A stretch of 64,000 nt of DNA. Origin: Mobula hypostoma. Lineage: Eukaryota. A model generated the notes under the pieces. That model was not told the DNA's origin. It saw only the letters and a program-made list of their open reading frames with translations, and searched no databases. Positions 56,901 through 64,000 of this stretch are shown here, in pieces. The stretch lies in assembly GCF_963921235.1 (NCBI RefSeq), contig NC_086124.1, forward strand, positions 15,624,001 to 15,688,000, written 5' to 3'. The position numbers were made by a program, and so were the translations under genes. The number at the start of each line of letters is the position of its first letter. The stretch's first letter is position 1.

Positions 56901-59439
56901 CGATATGGGCCAAATTGAGGTTGGGTTTAGCTTAGGTCAGCGATTTGATTGGCACTGAGTTGGGCCAGAGGGCCTATGTCCATGCTGCACAAATCAATGA
57001 CTATATTTTGGGAAGTTAAGCTAAGGAAGGATGTACACAGTGAATGGCAGGGACTTGTGAAATGTTGCTGAACGGAGAGCTTGTGGGTTCCTACCTTCAC
57101 CACTGCCACTAGCCCCTTATTCCAGATGATAATCATTGTGAGAGAAATTTACCCCTCAGGACCCCTTGAACCTCCATCCTGTCACCTTAAACATATGTTC
57201 TCTAACTTTCAACACCTGTAGCATAGGTAACATAGTCTTTCTATTTATCCAATCTATTCCTCATATCATTCTCCGTACCCCTCATGTCACCTCTCATCCC
57301 TTTCACTACAGCAAAGTCAAACCCAGCTTCATCACATCACATCACGTGTAGTGTGGTGACAAGAACTGTGCACAATATTCTAAACGCAGCCTAACCAACT
57401 CGTTGTACATCTGAAACATGACACCACAACACTTATACTAAATTCTTTGGCTGATGAAAGCAGGCAGACCACACACCTGCTTCACAACCCTGTCAGCCTG
57501 TGATGCCACTTTCAGGGACTGTGTAACAACACCTGAGGCATCTGCAAAGGTACTTCAATGAACAAGGCACAGAGGAATATGGAATTAATGCAGGCAAGTG
57601 TGTTTAGTATAGGTGGGCATGACAGTCAACACAGATGTGATGGGCCAAAGGGCCTGTTTCTGTGCTGTACAAATCTATGACTTCATAATACTCCACCATT
57701 GCATGCAGTGACTCTGGCTGCCTTGGACCTCAGCTCTGAGCTTGTCTCACTGACCCCCATGTCCTCCGAGATGATACAGGGAGCCTTACACTGTAATTCA
57801 TTGTCAGTTCTCTCTCTTAATACTATCCATTTCCATCTGAACCTTTCCTATCGATGTACCGATCTAAATGCTTTTTGAATACTGTAATTGTACCCACTTC
57901 TACCACTTCCTCTTGCAGCTTGTTTCATCTACCCACTACCTGCCTGTCTGTCTAGGTACCATATCCGATGCGGACTTTGGTGACCATGGTTCTCCATGTA
58001 GATCTATCCTTCGTTTTTTGGATGACTTCCATTTCCTCACTGTGTAGCCACCTGGCTATGCTTTTGATGTACATAAGCCGAGGTCTTCCTCCAGGTTTAC
58101 ACCCCTCAATCTTCCCAGAGAGTATGAGTTTTTCTAGTTAATCTTTCTGCATGATGTGTCCTAAGAATCTGAGTTGTCTGTCTCTTATTGTTGGTATGAG
58201 TGAGTGAGTTAGTGAGTGTTCATGGGGAGAAGGTACCACCACCATTTGTGTAAAAAGTCATCCCTCATGTCCCCTCTCTACTTAAATCTCTGCCCTTGGG
58301 TTTTAGACTCCCCATATGTGGAAAAAAGACTGTGGTCATTCACCTTATCAATACCCCACATGATTTTATACACCTACAGACTCACTTTGAAGGTCTCTAC
58401 AAATTATTGGAAAGGGTACAGAAGAGATTTACCAGCATGCTGCCTGGTTTAGGGCGTATGCCTTATGATCAGAGATTAAGGGAGCTAGGGTTTTACTCTC
58501 TGGAAAGGAGGAGGATGACAGGAGACATTATAGAGGTATACAAGATATTAAGAGGAATAGGTAGAGTGGACAGCCAGCACCTCTTCCCCAGGGCACCACT
58601 GCTCAATACAAGAGGACATGGTTTTAAGGTAAGGGGTGGGAAGTTCAAGGGGGATATTAGAGGAAGGTTTTTACTCAGAGAGTGGTTGGTGCGTGGGATG
58701 CACTGCCTGAGTCAATGGTGGAGGCAGATACACTTGTGATATTTAAGAGACTACTAGACAGGTATATGCAGGAATTTAAGGTGGGGGGTTATATGGGAGG
58801 CAGGGTTTAAGAGTCAGCACAACATTGTGGGCCGAAGGGCCTGTACTGTGCTGCACTATTCTATGTTACCAGATTGATTGATTGATTTGCACAGATTCTT
58901 TTACACATTGGTTCTTTGTCAATCTTTGTTTGTGTGTAGTTCTTCACTGACTCTATTGTATTTTTTTGTTCTGTTGTGAATGCCTTCATGAAAATCTCAG
59001 AGTAGTATATGGTGATATTCATACTTTGATAATAAATTTACTTTGAACTTTTCAACTTCAAAGACTGGTAGATTGTGGATGGAGTAAAGGACTATCAATG
59101 AACACAGAGGGATATGTATTGGGCAGGGTCAGTTCAGTGGAGTTTTACATGGATATGTGAATATAAAGGGACTGTAGTGTTGTACAGTAGATGAGAAACA
59201 GGAGGGCATGTAGTATAAAAAACTGGCATTAGAGTTAGCAAAATACCAGGGGCCAAATGGCCTGTACTGTTTTATATTCCTAGAGCTCAAAAAGGGACAA
59301 GAAATGTCATGAGCAAGGTTGACGATAATGCAGTGGTATTTTACACATATGTTTAAAACAGGATGATTTCTGAGGCGAACATGGGATCTCTCAAGGATGA
59401 ATGGGGGACTTTCTGTCTGAAGCAAGAAGTTGTGGGTGA

Positions 59440-59940
59440 GATTATGAATGAGTACTTTGCATCTTTGTAACAGCAGATAGAACTGAATACAGACAAGTGT
59501 GAAGTGTTGCACTTTGGGAGAACAAACCTGTGTAGGACTTACACAGTGAACAGTATAGCACTGAGGAGTGTGGTGGAACAGAGCCATCTGGAAATACAGA
59601 TGCATAATTCCTTTACCACAGGTAAAGAAAGTTGTAAAGATAGCTTTTGGTAGATTGGTCTTTATAAATTAAAATATTGAGTGCAGGAGTTGGGATGTTA
59701 TGTTGAAGTTTGTAAGACATTGGTGAGGCTAAATTAGCCGTTCGAATCGCCTATCTACAGGAAAGACATCAATAAGATTGAAAGACCTCAGAGAAAATTT
59801 GCAAGGATTTTGCCTAGATGTTAGGACCTGAGTTATAAGAAAAGGCTGAACAGGTTAGGACTTTATTGCCTGGAGTGTAAGAGAATGAGGGGAGATTTGA
59901 CTGAATATACAAAATTATGAGGGGTATCGATAGGGTGAGT
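59440..59940 (+). mobile_element. CR1-like fragment in the unique flank
   Basis: DKCEVLHFG and LNRLGLY.LE..RMRGDL motifs. Confidence 0.7.
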
Positions 59941-60789
59941 GACTGCCAGCATTGTATTGTGTTATGACAAATATGTTTTAACTTACAGCTATTGCAGGAA
60001 CATGGTGACAGGCTGTCTGGGTCTGAGAGCTCAGTATTCCAGCATATTCAATGTTCTACAACTCTGTCATGGACAGTCCCAAGCCCAGTTGCAAAAGGAG
60101 GAGGGTTGGCCACGGGGCTAGTAAGCCCATCCTGTAAAAAGCACAGAGCTACAGAAGCTCCAAGGCCTCATCCCTGGCAGAGGATGGATCCACCAAGAAG
60201 ATGGACTACCCATGGGGACAGTTTGAAAGATTGGGCCTAGACAGAGGATTCTGCAGAGCTATTGACAATGGCCTCTGCCTCAGTAGGGGTGATGGCCTTA
60301 ACTAACAAACAATGTTCCACACCGATTGGGACGAGGGAAAGGAGGAGGGTGGCCTTGTTCATCATGAGGTGGTGAGGGGTGAAATGCAGGTGAGGACAAT
60401 GAAAAACAGGGGAAAGACAACATGAGTGGGAAGCCTCTACACCCTCAGGGGTTGCCTCTTCACGGGAGAAAGCATAAAAGTGGAAAGTATCAAAGGGAGC
60501 TAAGAAGGGAACTGTGATTATCATAGGTGAATTTAATCTTTGTATTTGATAAAACTGATCAAACTGGCAAGGTAGAGTGGAAGAGGAATTTGTGGACTGG
60601 TCAGGGATTCTTTCTTACCAGCAGTCTGTTACAGAATCTACCCAGGAAGAGACCATCTTAGATGTAACCTGTGTAATGAGATTAATAAGAGATTTTCTGT
60701 GAAGGATCTGCGAGGGAGAGTTCTCCCCCAACGTGACGCAGTTTAGACCGCAAGGTATTGGAACAGAATTAGGCCATTTGGCCCATCGA

Positions 60790-61200
60790 ATCTGCTCCAC
60801 TAGTTCAGCATGGCTGGACTAACTTCCTTCTCAACCCCAGTCTCCTGCCTTCTCCCTGTATCCTTTCATGACCTGAACAATCAAGAATCTATCCACCTCT
60901 GTTTTAAATATACATTAAGACTTGGCACTCACAGTTACCTGTAGCAAAGCATTCCACAGATTTACCACTCTCTGGCTAAAGAAATTTCTCCTCATCTGTT
61001 CTAAAAGGATACCCCTCTATTCTGAGATTGTGTCCTCTGATCTTAGACTCTCCCACCATAGGAAACATCCTCTTCACATCCATTCTGTCAAGGCCTTTCT
61101 CTATTTGATAGATTTCAATGAGGTCACCCCTCATTCTTCTGAATTCTAGTGAATACAGGACCAGAATCATCAAAACTCTTCATATAACAAGCCATTCAAT
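60790..61200 (-). mobile_element. CR1 3' end
   Basis: ORF 60976: LYSLEFRRMRGDLIEIY...MFPMVGESKIRGHNLRIEG. Confidence 0.8.
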
Positions 61201-61866
61201 CCTGGAATCAACACACGTCCAGAACCAATATTCTCAACCTAAATAAAGGCAGTAACGCGGTTGTAACGTTGGAGTGGACGGGGTAAACAGGCTCATGGAC
61301 AGATCAGTAGATGAACATTGACAGGTGTTTAAACAGCTGATTCATAACTTTCAGCAAATATTGACTCCAATTCGACAGAGGGATCCAGGAGAAAGATGAA
61401 CTATCTGCGGTCAACAAACGAGGTGAAGGGAAATATTAAATCAAAGACCAGAACACAGAGGGCAACAAGGGCGAGAGGTAGACCAGAGGACTGAGAATAC
61501 GCCAGGAAGCAGTGCTGAAGAGACTCAAAAGCTAAAACCAGTAGGGAAATTGCGATAAGTTAAACTCAATACCGTGAACAGTGTTCACATTGGGGAAATA
61601 GCAAAGCTCCCAAATATAATACTTGGTTGGCATTACAATACTGTACTGCAATAATTTACAAGAGTCACCATCATAAGAGAAAAACTAATAGGACTAAAAG
61701 CAAAACGTCACCAGGTCCCAACGACCTGCACAAGGTTTTACAGGAAGTACGTGGAGAGAAAGTGGATATATAAGTTGAATTTTGTCAAAACTCACTGTGT
61801 TCCAGGAAGGCCCCGGTGTCTCAAATGCGCCTCCATTGTTCGAGAAAAATTCAGCCCCTCTCTGGA

Positions 61867-62002
61867 CCGTTGCCAGGGAAACGACGTCAGTGAAGGGTGG
61901 ACCCTCTGTGACGTCAGCGCGTCCTGGGGAGGAAAATCCGCAGGGTGTCACATGACTGTGAGGCAGCAGCCTGGGAGGAGGGAAAGAGGCAGCTGTCAAT
62001 CA
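61867..62002. promoter_or_regulatory. CpG-containing promoter/enhancer-like motif cluster
   Basis: X-box GTTGCCAGGGAAAC 61869-61882; CGACGTCA 61882; TGACGTCA 61909-61916; GTCACATGAC 61947-61956; CTGTCAATCA 61993-62002. Confidence 0.65.
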
Positions 62003-62089
62003 GAGGAGCCGCTGGGAACCGTGTGAACTTTGTAAATAGATCACTGAACACTTCATGAAAACAAAGAGCATCACTGAAGAACATTTGTC

Positions 62090-62900
62090 AAAGTCAAAGT
62101 AAATTTACTATCAAACCACGTATATGTCACCATATAATACCTTGAGATTCTTTAACAAGAGGAATTCTGCAGGTGCTGGAAATCCAAGCAACACATATCA
62201 AAGTTTTTGGTGAATGCAGCAGGTCAGGCAGCATCTCTAGGAAGAGGTACAGCTCTGACTGTACCTCTTCCTAGAGATGCTGCCTTGAGGTTCTTTCCTT
62301 GCAGGCATTTACAGGAAATAAATGCAATAGAATTTATGAAAATGATAAATGGCACAGATTGACAAAAAACTTGAAAGTGAGTCTGCATATTGTGAAATCA
62401 TTTTAGTGAAGGTTATCCATGCTGTCTCAAGAGTATGACTGGTGTAGCGTAATAACTCTGGTGGTGTGGGACAAAAGGCTCCTGCACCTCCTTCCCAATG
62501 GCAGCAGCCAGAAGAGAACATGGCATGGATGAGGGATGTCCTTGACGATGGATGCTGCTTTCTTATGGCAGAAACCCTTGTAACTGTGCTCAATGATGGG
62601 GACAGCTTTGCCTGCGATGAACCGGGTTGTATCCACCACTTTTTCTAACATTACCGTTGCTGGGCATTGGTGTTTCCATTCCAGGCTGTCATGCTCTGCC
62701 AGGTTACTCTCCACTGTGCATGCCAAAGTATGTCAAAGTTTTAAATGACATATCGATGATACACAAGCTTCTAAGTAAAGCCGCAGTCATGCTTCCTTTG
62801 TAATGGCACTTACATGCTCATCACAGGACAGATTCTCTGAAACGATAATGTCAAGGAATTTAAAGTTTGCATTCACCATCTCTGTAACACTCATGAAGTT
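62090..62900 (-). mobile_element. Rex1/Babar-like LINE 3' region
   Basis: ORF 62427: LEKVVDTTRFIAG...KKAASIVKDIPHPCHVLFWLLPLGRRCRS; FKFLDIIVSENLS (ORF 62787). Confidence 0.75.
62154..62285. mobile_element. Penelope-like fragment with a perfect 27-bp fold-back
   Basis: Arms 62226-62252 and 62259-62285, 6-nt loop; flanking CCTTGAG(A/G)TTCTTT direct repeats at 62140-62153 and 62283-62296. Confidence 0.85.
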
Positions 62901-63369
62901 AGCATTCATTTTGAGATGACTAGAATATAAAAAGCAAGGAAGTCCTGCTGAGACTTTGTAAGGCATTGCTGAGAACACCCTTGAGATATTGTGAGCAGGT
63001 GTGGGCACCTTATTAATAAAAGGATGTTGGGGAGGGCCCAGAGAATTTCACGAGTATGATCCCCGGAAAGAAAGGGTAAGATATCAGCAGCATTTGATGA
63101 ATCTGAGCTGTATTCACAAGATTAGAAGAATGAGGAGGGAGGGAACACATTCTTTGCCTGTTGAATATTCAAAAGCATGGATAGCATAGCTGGGGGAGCA
63201 GGTTTCCTAGAGCTGGGTAGTCTAGGACCAGAGTACACTGCCTCAGAATAGAAGAACATCCATTTAGAATGGAAATGAGGAAAAATTTCTGTCACCAGAA
63301 GGTGCAGAATCTGTGGAATTCATTGACAAAGTTGGAGGAGGCCACAGAGGGATCACTGGATACAGTCAT

Positions 63370-64000
63370 TCCCCAGTGGGCATGCAGTGTTTCCTGTCCT
63401 GCAGGGACTTTTCAGATACTGAATGCAGGTAAGGGAGGAGGTGAAGGGGCAGGTGTGGCATATGTTGTGTTTGCAGGGATAAGTACCCGGAGGGAGATCA
63501 CTGGGAAGGGTTAAATGAACAAGGCAGTCATGGAGAGCACAATCTCAGCAGCAAGCAGAGTGTGGGGTGGAGGGAAAGATGTGTTTAGCTGTGGGATATC
63601 TTTGAAGATGGCAGAACTGATGGAGAATGAAGAGCTGGATATGAATGGGGTGGTAAGTAAGGACAAGGGGAACTCTATCCCTGTTATGGCAGCAGGAAGA
63701 TGAGTGAGGCCGGATGTCTGAGAAATGGATGAGATGTGGCAGATGAATGCATCAATGAGAGAGGAAGGCAAACTCCATTCTTTGAAACAGGAGACCATCT
63801 CTAATGTTTTGGGAAGGATGGCTTCATCCTGGGAATGGATACAATGGAGACGAAGGAACTGAGAAAAGGGAATGGCATTTTGACAAGTGATAGGGTGTAA
63901 AGGAATTTAATCAACATAGCTCTGAGATCCAGAAGTTTTATGAAAGATATCAGTAGACAGTCAGTCTTCTGAGTGGTTACAGAGAGATCAAGAAAGCAGA
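63370..64000 (-). mobile_element. Decayed Penelope-like ORF (RT thumb/linker region)
   Basis: ORF 63511: MVSCFKEWSLPSSLIDAFICHISSISQTSGLT, followed by frameshifted RVPLVLTYHP-like sequence. Confidence 0.65.

Overview
Eukaryotic (vertebrate) DNA. The divergent H1 and the V-SINE/CR1/Penelope repeat content suggest a cartilaginous fish, probably a ray (inference). Positions 1-59206 are the right end of a tandem array of replication-dependent histone gene units, each arranged H4(+), H2A(-), H3.2(-), H1(-) and followed by about 11 kb of decayed retroelements. No H2B gene is present in any unit. Four gene sets (U1-U4) are visible. The only complete unit is 41335-59206 (about 17.9 kb), and the head-to-tail junctions are at 14162/14163 and 41334/41335. 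U3's H4 is a 5'-truncated pseudogene made by a ~7.1 kb deletion with a templated junction insert. U4's H4 is an otherwise intact gene with an in-frame deletion that removes Arg3. All genes carry 3' stem-loop and HDE signals. The spacers hold several unit-specific Penelope-like insertions with hammerhead-ribozyme motifs. The unique flank has a fold-back insertion that inverts at the predicted ribozyme cleavage site, and an orphan RFX/CRE/E-box/PBX promoter-like module near 61.9 kb. Repeat-family names and boundaries come from motif recognition by eye and are approximate.
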